A stretch of 64,000 nucleotides of DNA from Octopus bimaculoides (Eukaryota): the NCBI RefSeq assembly GCF_001194135.2, contig NC_068998.1, forward strand, positions 10,196,227 through 10,260,226, given 5' to 3'. The notes under the pieces are model-generated. The model saw only the letters and a list, made by a program, of their open reading frames with translations. It made no database searches and was not told the DNA's origin. Below, piece after piece: positions 23,713-37,226 of this stretch; positions within the stretch are counted from its first letter, which is position 1, and each line of letters starts with the position of its first letter. The translations under genes were made by a program, and so were the position numbers.

Positions 23713-26700
23713 ACATAGATTGAAGAACCTGACTCGCTGGTAGAAATGGTTTACGAAAGTGCGGCTTTTAAATCTCACAGCAGTTACGCCCACTTTACCC
23801 AGAATTCCATATTCAGTCTAGAATCTGTGATAAGGCTTCTTGGTTCGAAGAAGGGGAAAAAAGCTGCTCCCACACACACACATATCATACATATATTATA
23901 TTATATACACACATAACAAATATATACATAGATATATGTATGTATTTATTTACTGCAGGAGTGTTATTTGCAACCACAAGAAAAAAGAAGCTGAATAACT
24001 GTAGAATAATGCTAACCTAAGGGGGGTACCTTTGAAAGAAAACCTGTTTTTCTCTTATAGTGTTTGTGACCCTGTCATGCTCTTCTGGGGGGTGTTTATT
24101 ATTGGCAGCAGTCTGTGAAACAATTGCCCCCTCATCCACAAAAAGTCAACAACTAAAATATCGTTGATACTAATTGAAGGCTTTTGCTTTGTGTGTAGGC
24201 GCCTCAGAATTAGTATAAAATTCCTAATAACTATCCTTTCATTTATTTATTCATCATATTGTGTGTGTGATCTAGGTTTTACCATAACCACAAAAAAAAA
24301 AGAAAAGTGAAGCCAAGGCATTAAAAAAAAAACGAAAAATAATCCGCAGCAATTCCTTGACAATTTCTTTCGTTGTCGTAATAATATATGTTACATAAAT
24401 CACCGTCGTTTCATCATCGAAATCGGTAAATTTGTTAATTGTGTGGCAGATTTTTCACCAAACGACATAAAAGAACCAAAAAAAAAAAAAAATTGAATTA
24501 GCAAAAATACAGCAATTCCAGTTGATATATGTACATATATATATAAATTTAAAATATATATGTATATATAAATATGATACTTTAAATCACTTTGGCATTA
24601 GGATATATCTCTTGTGTCAAAAATTTAATCACGATGAAAACATATCAAGGTAGGAAATTTTAGCCTTATTTTAATTTGTGAATATTAATATATTTTCTAT
24701 TTCTGCGTGTGTATTTATGTAATTTTACTTGTAATGAGTCGTGTGTGTGTATATATATGTCTTCCATGTGTATATAAGTACATTATTATAGTTGGTTGAT
24801 CATAGTTCTGGTTTTTCATAATGCTTTGATATTCCGGCAAATAAAAGACAAGATATCTTGAATTTTACCCACGTTATTGCTAACTCTAGCATTTCAGCAT
24901 AAGCGAATCCAGAAGCCATGTATTCGGCAACGCGACAGTTTTACTAATTAATAGTTAGTAATTGTACGTTATATACGCTAAAGTTGATTTAAAAAAAAAA
25001 TTACAGAAATGATACAAAAAAGAAAGAAAAACGAACTTAAAAACAAGTTCTAGTATAACTATGACATTTGTACGCCGGCTGAAGCTATACTCGAGAAATC
25101 TATGCGATCGCTTGACCTGCTAGATATAGCAGCCAAACCTCTCTCAAACCACACCTTACAGTTGCTGGAAAGGAACGGACGCGTCAGATGATGTTGACGT
25201 AATAATACTTTTATAAAGGACGAGTTGGTCACGATTAGAATGCCTTTGATTGTCCGGTTCGATCAAACATAATCTTGAGACTCAACTATAGAATAAACGG
25301 GAGCTGCACTTTGATAGTTCGAAATCGCAGTCAAATTCTTCATATAAAACAAAGGGGGCTACACATTGGTTATTGTTGTCTTAGCTATACATGATGGCAA
25401 AGAGCATGAATGTCACTTAGTCTCATATATTGTCATTGCTGCGAAATCAAATGTAAAACTGACTCAAATTTCTGGTGAGGCGAATATGCGTTTCGTTTTC
25501 TGATTCTAGCCATTATTTTCCCTTCTCGTCAATAAATATGCTTTGAGAAAAGTATGAATGCCATTTAATCACCTACGCCTCCTTATTCTGTAAAGTGATG
25601 GTTCATCGACGCTGTCGTCGAAGTCATCGTTTCATGACATGATCGAAGCGATTGATTAATTAAATACCAGGCAATATTTTAGTCCATTCCGGGGTCCGAG
25701 TTCAAATCCCACCGGAGGAATTGAATTTTGCCTTTGAAGCATTTGGAATGAGTCAGGATGAGTTGCTAAAATGAATAGCAGACATCTATTGACGCCGATT
25801 TCAATCGGCAATACACTACATCCTTTGACACACCTTAGAGGTTTGTGACCTTGTTGTGCCAATGTGAAAAAAAAAATTGTCATCACCACCACCATCATCG
25901 TATTGTTTAACCCCAGTTCAGCCCTGATGATGAAATAAACCTGTGATCATAAGCATTCCAGTTCGTCTTTTATGCCAGACACATTATAACCGGTTGGATA
26001 GAGATGGGAGGGAGGGAAATTTGGTTGTTTCTAGCAAGTCATGCGATCGCGTACACCTTCCCCACTTTTTGGACAAACATCAGTTCCTCCTACACACATT
26101 CTCTGAACCGTTTCATACATTTGTGATTATGATTGTTGCTATTTTGTAGCAATAATCAAGTATATCCTTGAAGATAGCTATGGAGAAAAGTGGAGTTAGA
26201 AGCCTGTAGCCTTCGGCAAAGAATTCGTGTTGCGTATTATTGTATTTACTTTCGAAACTCCGACACTTGCTCATTTCTAAGGAAACAGAAATCACTCTAA
26301 CGCACTCTATCTTCTAATCACTAATTGGATATCTTTTCTGTGACCTTCAGAAATGCTACAACATAATATGTTTCTCCCCCACTTAATCCCATTGATTTGG
26401 TGGATCAATATCGTTTCATTTTATGATTGCAGTTGTTTCCTCGTTTTCTCTCTCTTATTGCTGTGTGTGCGTGTGTGTTCTACCTATTTTCAATAGACCT
26501 TATCAAGCGAGAGGAATTATTTGTCGTCCTCGAACAAGAGACCGTATATGCTATCGTTTAAGACCCACAAGTTAGCTTCGACTAAGCTGATTTATAGTCA
26601 AAGCGTTCCACTCATAACCTTCCTAGCTTATTTTCAGGCAGTGTATTTAGGGCTTCCTTCTACAACGTGTTTACTCCAGTTTATTTTTTAAGATGGTAAT

Positions 26701-28431
26701 GTGTGGTTTGTAGGGGATTTGGCTGTTATTTCTAACTATTAGAGCGGCTACATAGAATCTCCATCATTGGTTCGTGAAGTCCACAAATTGTTACGAGCGG
26801 AGATACAACCGAAATAAGTCGTCTTCCAGTGCATCAACTTGGTCAACACACACACACACACAGACAGACAGACAGGCACTACCACAAATTATGTCAGAAT
26901 GAAGAACCCTTTACAAATTCGCTCGTTTTTTTTTTTAGAAATAGTAACGAGATTTCGTTCGCATCACACCTCACCGGCTTCTAAGAAAGAAAGGACTTGC
27001 TGCGTAAAGTCTTCCGGGATGCATTATGTGTGTTTGGTGTGTGTGAGTGAGGAAACTTGATATTAACAACTGGAGTTACATAAATCTACCAAACCAGCTG
27101 ATATTGGGTTAAAGCAACATCAGTAAAGGCGGAAAATGTGTAGGCTAGTGAAACGGGAAGTTAAGATTTTAATGCATTTTCAGACAACTTTTGCAGTAAA
27201 GTATTTCTAAGTGAAATGCCTTTATAACGGTAATCGAAACCAGATGACATTTTTACTGCGCTTTTGCTATCGTATGGTAGATAGTAAATCTGTATGATGG
27301 TAGAAATGGTTTTCCGGTTATAGAAAGCTTTGTGAGCGTTGATTCTGTAATCTATATTGATTTCCCGCGCATTTCATACACTTACATAATTTCGGGGTGG
27401 GGGGTTGCTCAGATCAGCTGTGAGTTTTCTTTTTAATAATAATAATAATAATCTTTTCTACTATAGTGACACAAGATCTGAAATTTTTTGCAGTAGAGGT
27501 CTAGTCAATTATTACTTCGACCACAGTTCTCAAATGGTACTTATTTTATCGACGCCGAAAAAATGAAAGGCAGTCAACCTCAGCGGAATTTGAACTTAGA
27601 ATGCCGCTAAGCATTTTATTCGGCGTGCCAGCACTTCTGCCTGTTCGCCACTCTATAGCTGATAATGATGATCTTTCTTGCTATAGGCAGAAGTCCTGAA
27701 AATTGGGGGAGGAGGAGGGGGCTAGACGATTACATCGATCCCTGTGCTCAGCTGATACTTATTTTATCGATCTCGACTGGATGAAATGCTAAATCGACTT
27801 AAGCGGGTTTGAACCAAGAATGTAGTAGATGCTGCATGTCATTTTGTCCGATACTACAATAGGATTTTGGTGATATANNNNNNNNNNNNNNNNNNNNNNN
27901 NNNNNNNNNNNNNNNNNNNNNNNNNNNNNNNNNNNNNNNNNNNNNNNNNNNNNNNNNNNNNNNNNNNNNNNNNNNNNNNNNNNNNNNNNNNNNNNNNNNN
28001 NNNNNNNNNNNNNNNNNNNNNNNNNNNNNNNNNNNNNNNNNNNNNNNNNNNNNNNNNNNNNNNNNNNNNNNNNNNNNNNNNNNNNNNNNNNNNNNNNNNN
28101 NNNNNNNNNNNNNNNNNNNNNNNNNNNNNNNNNNNNNNNNNNNNNNNNNNNNNNNNNNNNNNNNNNNNNNNNNNNNNNNNNNNNNNNNNNNNNNNNNNNN
28201 NNNNNNNNNNNNNNNNNNNNNNNNNNNNNNNNNNNNNNNNNNNNNNNNNNNNNNNNNNNNNNNNNNNNNNNNNNNNNNNNNNNNNNNNNNNNNNNNNNNN
28301 NNNNNNNNNNNNNNNNNNNNNNNNNNNNNNNNNNNNNNNNNNNNNNNNNNNNNNNNNNNNNNNNNNNNNNNNNNNNNNNNNNNNNNNNNNNNNNNNNNNN
28401 NNNNNNNNNNNNNNNNNNNNNNNNNNNNNNN

Positions 28432-28477
<46 letters not shown>

Positions 28478-28576
28478 CAGAGTAAGCACTTAAATGCGAA
28501 ACAAGGTGGAAAAAATAGTGCTTCAATACCGGAGGTAGAGTAATATGCTTTATTAAAAAAGCAGCAAAAATATCAC

Positions 28577-28622
28577 AAAAACTGTTACTCAGAGTTTCAC
28601 GTCCCGTTCGTCGGACAGTTTT
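28577..28622 (-). ncRNA. Variant minimal type I hammerhead ribozyme motif
   Basis: aaaactgt CCGACGA acg gga cgt GAAA ctctgag TA acagtttt. Stems I and II pair; the core differs from CUGANGA at U4. Confidence 0.55.
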
Positions 28623-28632
28623 GATTCGAAAT

Positions 28633-28678
28633 AAAACTGTTCGACGAACGGGAACGTGAAACTCCGAGTAAAAGTTTT
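28633..28678 (+). ncRNA. Variant minimal type I hammerhead ribozyme motif
   Basis: aaaactgt TCGACGA acg ggaa cgt GAAA ctccgag TA aaagtttt. One mismatch in stem I and two core substitutions. Confidence 0.5.
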
Positions 28679-29133
28679 TTTTTGTTGATATTTTGCAAAT
28701 TTTGAAATATATATGTTTTTCGTTGATTCTATTTAATCAAGAATTTGATATTTAATTGCTATTTATGATATCAACCCGGAAGTTTGAAAGGCGAAATGGA
28801 ATTCCTCTTCTATTTCAACACGTAACGGATAAGGGACGTAACTAAATGATGCAAAATCTTTTTGCACGCCAATCCAATGATTCTGCCACCCACCGCCTAA
28901 TAATAATAATAAATGTATAATTGTATTGATATCGCGAACAAGGTCCTTCTGCTGCCGACTAATAGAAAGATCGTGATGGAAAAATGGGGTCACATGTAAG
29001 ATAATACATTCCAAGACACGCAGCTAAAAGGTTTAATTCAGACGGCATTTATAATGTCATACGCCCATCAACTTGTAAAAATTTCACACACACACACACA
29101 TCCATTTGGATATACGTATATAAATGTACGCGG

Positions 29134-29169
<36 letters not shown>

Positions 29170-29170
29170 G

Positions 29171-29201
<31 letters not shown>

Positions 29202-29472
29202 GTCTATCTATCTATCTGTGTGTTTGTGAAATACGAATGGTGTCTGTGATTTTGAATAATGGTATTAAATGTTCTATTCTAGGCTATTTTCTCGTAGCTC
29301 ACCTTATTTATAAATGTAAAATTTATTATCGATCTGTAGGTGGCATTAATTATATTCGCTGCTCACAGGACCTATTGTGGTCTGTGTATGTATATGTGGG
29401 GGTGTGTACGTATGTAACAAGTGAAGAATCGAGTTTTACACACACACACACATGAATATATGCTTCTGTGCA

Positions 29473-29527
<55 letters not shown>

Positions 29528-30276
29528 TATTCAAATTGGACGATTATACCCAGATATGTAATTCAAATAATTATATACAAAGGAGAACTGACATACATAA
29601 TGTGTATTNNNNNNNNNNNNNNNNNNNNNNNNNNNNNNNNNNNNNNNNNNNNNNNNNNNNNNNNNNNNNNNNNNNNNNNNNNNNNNNNNNNNNNNNNNNN
29701 NNNNNNNNNNNNNNNNNNNNNNNNNNNNNNNNNNNNNNNNNNNNNNNNNNNNNNNNNNNNNNNNNNNNNNNNNNNNNNNNNNNNNNNNNNNNNNNNNNNN
29801 NNNNNNNNNNNNNNNNNNNNNNNNNNNNNNNNNNNNNNNNNNNNNNNNNNNNNNNNNNNNNNNNNNNNNNNNNNNNNNNNNNNNNNNNNNNNNNNNNNNN
29901 NNNNNNNNNNNNNNNNNNNNNNNNNNNNNNNNNNNNNNNNNNNNNNNNNNNNNNNNNNNNNNNNNNNNNNNNNNNNNNNNNNNNNNNNNNNNNNNNNNNN
30001 NNNNNNNNNNNNNNNNNNNNNNNNNNNNNNNNNNNNNNNNNNNNNNNNNNNNNNNNNNNNNNNNNNNNNNNNNNNNNNNNNNNNNNNNNNNNNNNNNNNN
30101 NNNNNNNNNNNNNNNNNNNNNNNNNNNNNNNNNNNNNNNNNNNNNNNNNNNNNNNNNNNNNNNNNNNNNNNNNNNNNNNNNNNNNNNNNNNNNNNNNNNN
30201 NNNNNNNNNNNNNNNNNNNNNNNNNNNNNNNNNNNNNNNNNNNNNNNNNNNNNNNNNNNNNNNNNNNNNNNNNNAT

Positions 30277-30470
30277 ATATGTGTGTGTGTATGTATAAGT
30301 ATGCATGTGTGTGTGTGTATGTATAAGTATGCATGTGTGTGTGTGTATGTATAAGTATGCATGTGTGTGTGTGTATGTATAAGTATGCATGTGTGTGTGT
30401 GTGTGTGTATGTATAAGTATGCGTGTGTGTGTGTGTATGTATAAGTATGCATGTGTGTGTCTGTATATGT
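30277..30470. repeat. Minisatellite, about 24-28 bp unit (GTATGTATAAGTATGCAT(GT)n)
   Basis: At least six tandem units visible directly after the N gap. Confidence 0.9.
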
Positions 30471-33400
30471 ATTGTGTGCGCGCGCGCAAGTTGTAGTCAG
30501 CTGCTTCTTGTGGTAGGCTTAGGATTTTGAACAAAGAGTTGGGTGGTGGGAAATTTAACTGATCGATAGAGGTCTTGTATGTATCGAGTGGTTTCTTCAC
30601 TCTAATGCCGTGTGATCGTCCACCTATTACAGCTGAGATGTAACACACACACACGCACGTATGCACACACATACACACAAATATGTAAATTGTCAGTTTC
30701 AGAGATATATATTATGCTAATCTTTACCTTTTCTTCTTATGTAAGTTATTTAACGAGTGTAATATCCATAATATCAATAAGTAATGGGACACATTAATCT
30801 CTTCCCATCACCCTTGGTAAATCCCCCCCCCCCTCGGTTTTTCTCGCCTTTTAATGCTGGGTGGTGACGGAATAAATAACTATTAAACGGCACTAGTTGT
30901 TGCTGTTTTGTTCGTTCTCAGATTGATTCTGATCGAGCAGATACCTATGGCCGAAATAACCTGGGTTTAAACAGCTTCCATCACTACAGTTTTGTGTGGA
31001 ACCTCTACGTGATAATTCGATTTACTAGAAAAATGAGCCAGTGTTTTTTTTTTCTTTTTTTGCAAAGAGAGTAAGGTGTGATTTGAGGTAGATTTGACTA
31101 CTGGTCCCGCCTGGTTTAATGCTTTCGTAAAAGGCTTCCTTCTTGTCCAGAAACAAGACGAATTTTTGGTGATGGTTGTGGTCTGTAGTAACATACACAT
31201 ACCAAAATATCAAGATCTATGTGTAGAAAATATCAGTTCTTAATGTGGTTTTTGTGTAAAAATAAAGAAATAAATGGCCCTCACTCCCTAAATATCTAGC
31301 TCACTATTAATTATTATTTTCCCATTGCGCGTATAGAGGTTAGTTACCTGTGTTAAGTAGATTTAAAATATTCGCTCACCGATTTAATCATTATGTGCAC
31401 ATACATACATACGTACATCATACATACGTATACGCACACACACATATGTATGTGTACATATACGTATATTTGTATGTGTACAATCACATTTCTTATGTCT
31501 GTTGTTTCGTGTCCTCCAATAGAAACCAGCATTGCTGGGTCACACGATTCAAAAACAACTGATCGCAGTATAATTAGAGGTGAATCTTGACGTTTCTAAT
31601 TCTTATCTATCTCTGTCTGGTACTAATTAACATTATATATTTTCTCTCATTCTTTTCTTCTTTTCATTCATTCGAAGAATATTTAAAATTAAACAACGGA
31701 AAACAATAAAATGTTGGCACTTTGTTTCATTGATTTACATGGAACTAAACGGCCGTCAACACAGCAATCTTAGTGTTACCTACGAATATAATTCCACTTG
31801 GTCGTTAGACTTGCTAGAAATAGCAGACAAATCTCCATCGAGCCTGTCTCTGTGCTCCTATGTACAATGTGGATGCTGGTTGAGAGAAGGGGTCTCTTTT
31901 ATTTGAATCTATTCTAAGTATTTTATTGCATATTTATGAATTTGGCTTCAAGCTTGGCTAGGAGGTAAATTTTTCAGGAAATCTTGCTTGCAATAGAGTA
32001 GTGGTTTCCTGTCTATGGAGAGAAAGTATTGGTCATTTGAAAACCACTGCCTTGAAAACTGACAGACAAATTACTGGTCCTTTATGAGCCTTAGCAAGGT
32101 TTTCAATGTGCACCACTCACTCACTCCATTGAGGGTGGATTTGTAATTCACCACATCTCTATGTCAACTTTTGTTTTGTGTGCCGGATGCAGAATTGTAA
32201 TGCTTTTTCATGATTTGGTTGAATCATTAGAGAATTGGACAAAAATGATGTGCAGCATTTGTTCTGATTCTTTACATTCTGAGTTCAAATCCTGCTGAGG
32301 TCAGTTTTGCTTTTCATCCCTCCATGGCTATAAAATGACACATCAGTCAAGCACAATATTTGTTGATATTAACTAACACCCTTCCCCTCAAAATTGCAGG
32401 CCCTTGTGCCTGCAGAAACCATTTCTTTTTCTTCTTTTTTATTGCTCTGCAGATGGGTGGAATTGGTGGAGTCGTCAGAGAAAATGTCTACATAATACTG
32501 TATTTGTTTTGATTCTCTATATTCTGAATTCTAATCCTGTTATGCCCACCTTTGTCATTCATTCTCCTAAAGTTAACTGTACCAGGCATGTGCTGATGGT
32601 TGATATCATCAACTGTTCCCTCCCTCTGAATCTCAAGCCTTTGTGCTGATATAAAGTATCTGTTGGTTGGTGATGGATTAGCAGAATCATTGGAGCATCA
32701 GACAAAACAGCTTGCAGTATTTATTCTGGTTCTTTATGTTTTGAGTTCAAATCCTGTCAAGGTCAACTTTGCCCTTCGTCCTCTCAGGATTGATAAAATA
32801 AAGTACTAGTCCAGTACTGGGTTTGATTTAATCAACTAACCCCTTTCCCTTCTAAATATCTGGTTTTTGTGCTTATGTAGAAAATTATTATTTAGCTTTG
32901 TCTTACATTCTGAGTTCCAGTTAGACCAAGGTCATAATTGTCTTTTATTCTCCAAAATGTCAATACAATAAGCAACAATTAATTATTGGTGAGATAGCAG
33001 AATGGTCAGTACATTGGATAAAATGCATAGCAGCGTTTCTTCTGAGTTCAAATCCTGCCAAGGTCAACTTTGTCTTTCATCCCTTCAGGGTTGACATATT
33101 AAAAGTTCAGTCAAGAACTGGGGTCAGTGTAATCAACATGCCCCCTCTTCTCAAAATTGCCTGCCTTGAACCTTGCAATGAACTGGCATCCCATTCAAGG
33201 GTGAAGAGGTTGTTATCTCAATCACTTATCTACCATGGAAATTTGGTAACCAGCCTTATGAATCCAGGAGTTCAAGGGGTCAAAAGAAAAATTACTGTAG
33301 TTGACATAATTACCTACCTGTATTTTCTTTCCAAAATCTAGAGACTTGTTTCTGTGCTAGAAATCGTAAGTCCTGCCAAGGTAGTTCTTTGTTTTGCATT

Positions 33401-34959
33401 CCTCCAGTACAAATTATGAAAAGCACCAGTCAAGTAGTGGGGGTACTTTAATCCACTACTTCTTCCCCCTAACTCATGGCCTTGTTTCTATGTTAGAAAT
33501 CCCTAAACCCACTAAGGTCAATTTTGCCTTTCAGTCCAAAAGAAAGTACTTCTTCTGTTACCAGGCTTTCACACACTTTTTGTCTACTGTATTTCATTTA
33601 CAAGGCTTTAGCTGATCCAAGGTTATGGTAGAAGAGACTTGCTTAAGGTGTCACATGTTGGGAGGGAACTCCAGATCATGTAATTGTGAAATGAATTTCT
33701 TAATAATACAACCATGCTTGCACCCTTATGCCAGTAAGGCCTTCAGGAAAGACATGAACATCACGGCATATCTTTTATCTTTTATTTGTTTCTGTCAGTT
33801 GACTGAGGCCATGCTGTGGCATGAGTTTATAAAGGGTTTGGTCAAACAAACTGACCTCAGTACTTATTTTGAAGTTTGGTACTTATTATGTTAGTCTCAT
33901 TTGCTGAACTGCTAAGTTGTAAGGATGTTACCTAACTAATACCAGTTGTCAAGCAGTGGTGGTGGACCAAGATACACACACACACATGACGGGCTTCCAC
34001 ACAGTTTCCATCTACCATATTCACTCACAAGACATTGGTCGATCTAGGGCCATAGCAAAAGACATTTGCTCAAGGATCCGTACAGTGGGACTGAACCTGA
34101 AAGCACACGACTGCAAAGTAAGTTCTTCTCAACCACACAGCCATGCCTGTGTTTAGGAGATAAATCTTTGATAAATGAAGCCTGCAATGCAAAAAGCTGC
34201 AGCTATCTCACTTTCTCCGCTAAAGCTCCTGGGAAAGGCATGAATAATACAGCTTCTGCTTCTCATGCCTTGTTTTTCCTTCTTCACTTCTGGTTTCACT
34301 CCTCCTGCCTGTTGTGATATAAATATGAGACTTCTTATCTATATGAAGATTATTATTATGAACTTGTAGAACAAACAGGAAATCCTTTGTTTCAAGTTTC
34401 GTACTTCTGCTCCTAATATCCAGTCATATGTTGCAACCATCCCAGTAGGTGGTCCAGATTTCTAATATTTGGTCAACTACAACTCCTAACACAAAGCTGT
34501 CATCACCTGCTAGAAATAACAGTGAATTTCTCTCAAACCACATCATATTGTTTCCGAAGATGAAAAGACATGTTAGGTAGTGAATGTTTATTTCACGTTT
34601 TTCCTTTATCAGAACTAATGATTTCTGGTGTGATCATGTGGATGGCTGCAAGAGCATTCCATTAAAAAGGCTCAAAAAGACCAAAATGCTTCTGGTGTTC
34701 TCACTGGCCACTGTTGGAATGAATTTTCATGTCACTTTGATACTTGTGTTTTTAACACAGCATGTCCTTAGGTCTGCCAATGGTGTATAAACATTGAATA
34801 TGATATTGTCATATATGCCATCTAATATAGTATATGAAATATTCTAAGAGAGAAGTTTATAATATTTCAATTTTAACTTTGATAAGCTAAATATTTAGGT
34901 TTGTTATGGTTATATTATGTTACTGCAAACAGGGTACAAAATATGTTTGAATTCTAACA

Positions 34960-35680
34960 TTCACGCACTCTCTCATATAAACATACACACACTCTCACAT
35001 ACATATACACACACTCTTATACATATACACACACTCATATATAACGTACCCTCTCAAATAACGTACTCCTTCTCATATATACACTCTCTCTCACATACAC
35101 ATATACACTCTCACATAAGCATATACACACTCTCTTTCTCTCTCACATACACATATACACACTCTCACGTGCACATATACACACCCTCTAACACACATAT
35201 ATACACACCCTCTCGCATACACATATACACACCCTCTTGCACACATACACACCCTCTCATGCACACCCTCTCTCATGCACATACTCTCTTATATACACAT
35301 ACACACCCTCTCATATACACACCTCTCACACATATACACCTCTCACATACACATATACATACCCTCTCATATACACCCTCTCACACATACACACACCCTC
35401 TCACATACACATATACACTCCCTCTCACATACACATATACACTCCCTCTCACATACACATATACACACTCCCTCTCACATACACATATACACTCCCTGTC
35501 ACATACATATACACACCCTGTCACATATACACACCCTCTCACATATACACACCCTCTCACATGCACACCCTCTCTCACACACACACACACACACACCCTG
35601 TCACATGCACATGTACACATCTCTCACACATATACACACCCTCTCATATGCTCACACAGTCTCACATACACAGACCGTTT
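34960..35680. repeat. Low-complexity CA/CT-rich minisatellite-like tract
   Basis: Repeated acaccctctcacatacacatatac-type units. Gives spurious His/Thr-rich ORFs in all frames. Confidence 0.9.
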
Positions 35681-36087
35681 CACTTACAATCCATTGTAAT
35701 ATGAGTGTTTTCTATATATTTCTTTTTTTTTTTTTTTTTAATCACCAAAATTATATACATTAACTTAGTGACTTAAATTTTAATGCAAATGGTATTTGGA
35801 TATTTGGCAAGCAGTATTTGCAGTTTGAGTCACATCGCATGAGTGGGTCTGTATTTCTTTTTCTGCCTCAAAATTTTAAATTTCTTTCATGATTTAGCTT
35901 GAAGACAAAGAGGAGCTCCTGGGACTCTTTTCATGTTGCCCCCAAAGACCAACGAGCAGGAGGGTGGCTGGAGAAGGTATTCCCAAACTAGGGACCTGGT
36001 CTGAATGTTAGGAACTGATCGGTCTCTGCTAACGGTACCCAAGGACCGAGTAGTGGTGTTAATAAGCAGGGTGGGAGGTGGGTGGCG

Positions 36088-36135
36088 TAAATAGTATTAT
36101 AGATAAATAGTATTATAGATAAATAGTATTATAAA
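36088..36135. repeat. 16-bp tandem repeat x3 (taaatagtattataga)
   Basis: Directly visible; the third unit has one substitution. Confidence 0.9.
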
Positions 36136-36169
36136 TGACTGAAACAAGTATAAGAATAAAATAATATAC

Positions 36170-36581
36170 ATGACAGGCTTCTTTCAGTTTCTGTCTATTA
36201 AATCCACTCACAAGGCTTTGGTTGACCTGAGGCTATAGTAGAAGACACTTGCCCAAGTTGCCACACAGTGGGACTGAACCTGGAACCATGTGGTTGGGAA
36301 GTAAACTTCTTGCCACACAACCATGCCTGTGCCTATATATATATTCTTTTATTCTTTTACTTGTTTCAGTCATTTGACTGCGGCCATGCTGGAGCACCGC
36401 CTTTAGTTGAATAAATCGACCCCAGGACTTATTCTTTGCAAGTCTAGTACTTATTCTGTCAGTCTCTTTTGCTGAACTGCTAAGTTACAGAGACATAACC
36501 ACACTGACATCAGTTGTCAAGCGATGGGGTGGGGACAAACACAGACACAAACATACACACACACACACACACACACATATG

Positions 36582-36628
<47 letters not shown>

Positions 36629-36830
36629 AATTAGTTTTCACATTTATTATATTAGATATATATGTATGATGGGCTTCTTTTAGTTTCCGTCTACCAAATC
36701 TACTCACAAGGATTTGTTCGGCCTGAGGCTATAGTAGAAGACACTTACCCATGGTGCCACACAGTGGGACTGAACCTGGAACCCAAAACCATGCAGTTGC
36801 AAAGCTAGATTCTTCACCACACGACCATGC
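36170..36830 (-). mobile_element. Two adjacent SINE family B copies
   Basis: Reverse-complement family B segments at 36170-36335 and 36345-36830. Confidence 0.8.
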
Positions 36831-37069
36831 GTGCACTTACATCAAGAGGAAAGAAATATATATATATATATATATAAAAAATAAATAATTGCTCTTGAAA
36901 TATTAAGTAGTTATGGTGTTAGTTGTCAAGACAATGAGACAACTTAAATTGCTGCTGAAGTGGTGCTGACTATTCTAACAACCCTCTTCCTTTTAACTCC
37001 GTGTCCCCACTTCCCCCATCTCTGCTAATACTGAACATACAGTGACTAAATTTGACGTATTCTACATCA

Positions 37070-37226
37070 TCATCATCATCATCATCGTTTAACGTCCGCT
37101 TTCCATGCTAGCATGGGTTGGACGATTTGACTGAGGACTGGTGAAACCGGATGGCAACACCAGGCTCCAATCTAATTTGGAAGAGTTTCTACAGCTGGAT
37201 GCCCTTCCTAACGCCAACCACTCAGA
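37070..37226 (-). mobile_element. RTE LINE 3' terminus with (ATG)n tail (family D), young copy
   Basis: (cat)n cgtttaacgtccgctttccatgctagc...; near-identical to 51527-51670. The same sequence follows RTE ORF remnants elsewhere in the window. Confidence 0.8.

Larger units (their letters stand above)
28477..28700. mobile_element. Non-autonomous Penelope-like / retrozyme-like repeat carrying two inverted hammerhead-like motifs
   Basis: Long imperfect palindrome at 28563-28697. Each arm fits type I hammerhead topology. An AATAAA (minus, 28554-28549) and a (TG)(TA)n tract lie downstream of the minus copy. Confidence 0.6.
27878..30276. other. Assembly gaps (N runs at 27878-28431 and 29609-30274); others at 11573-11648, 17852-18029, 61512-62099 and 63071-63545
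   Basis: Runs of n in the sequence, most flanked by microsatellites. Confidence 0.98.

Noticed and set aside
27789-30678. Long ORFs (200-370 aa) in the track, also at 61463-63729
   Set aside because: They are made of X from N gaps plus YI/HT microsatellite translation and have no coding content.
34917-35763. His/Thr-rich ORFs of 155-260 aa
   Set aside because: Open in several frames because the CA/CT-rich repeat lacks stop codons; there are no splice signals or domain features.
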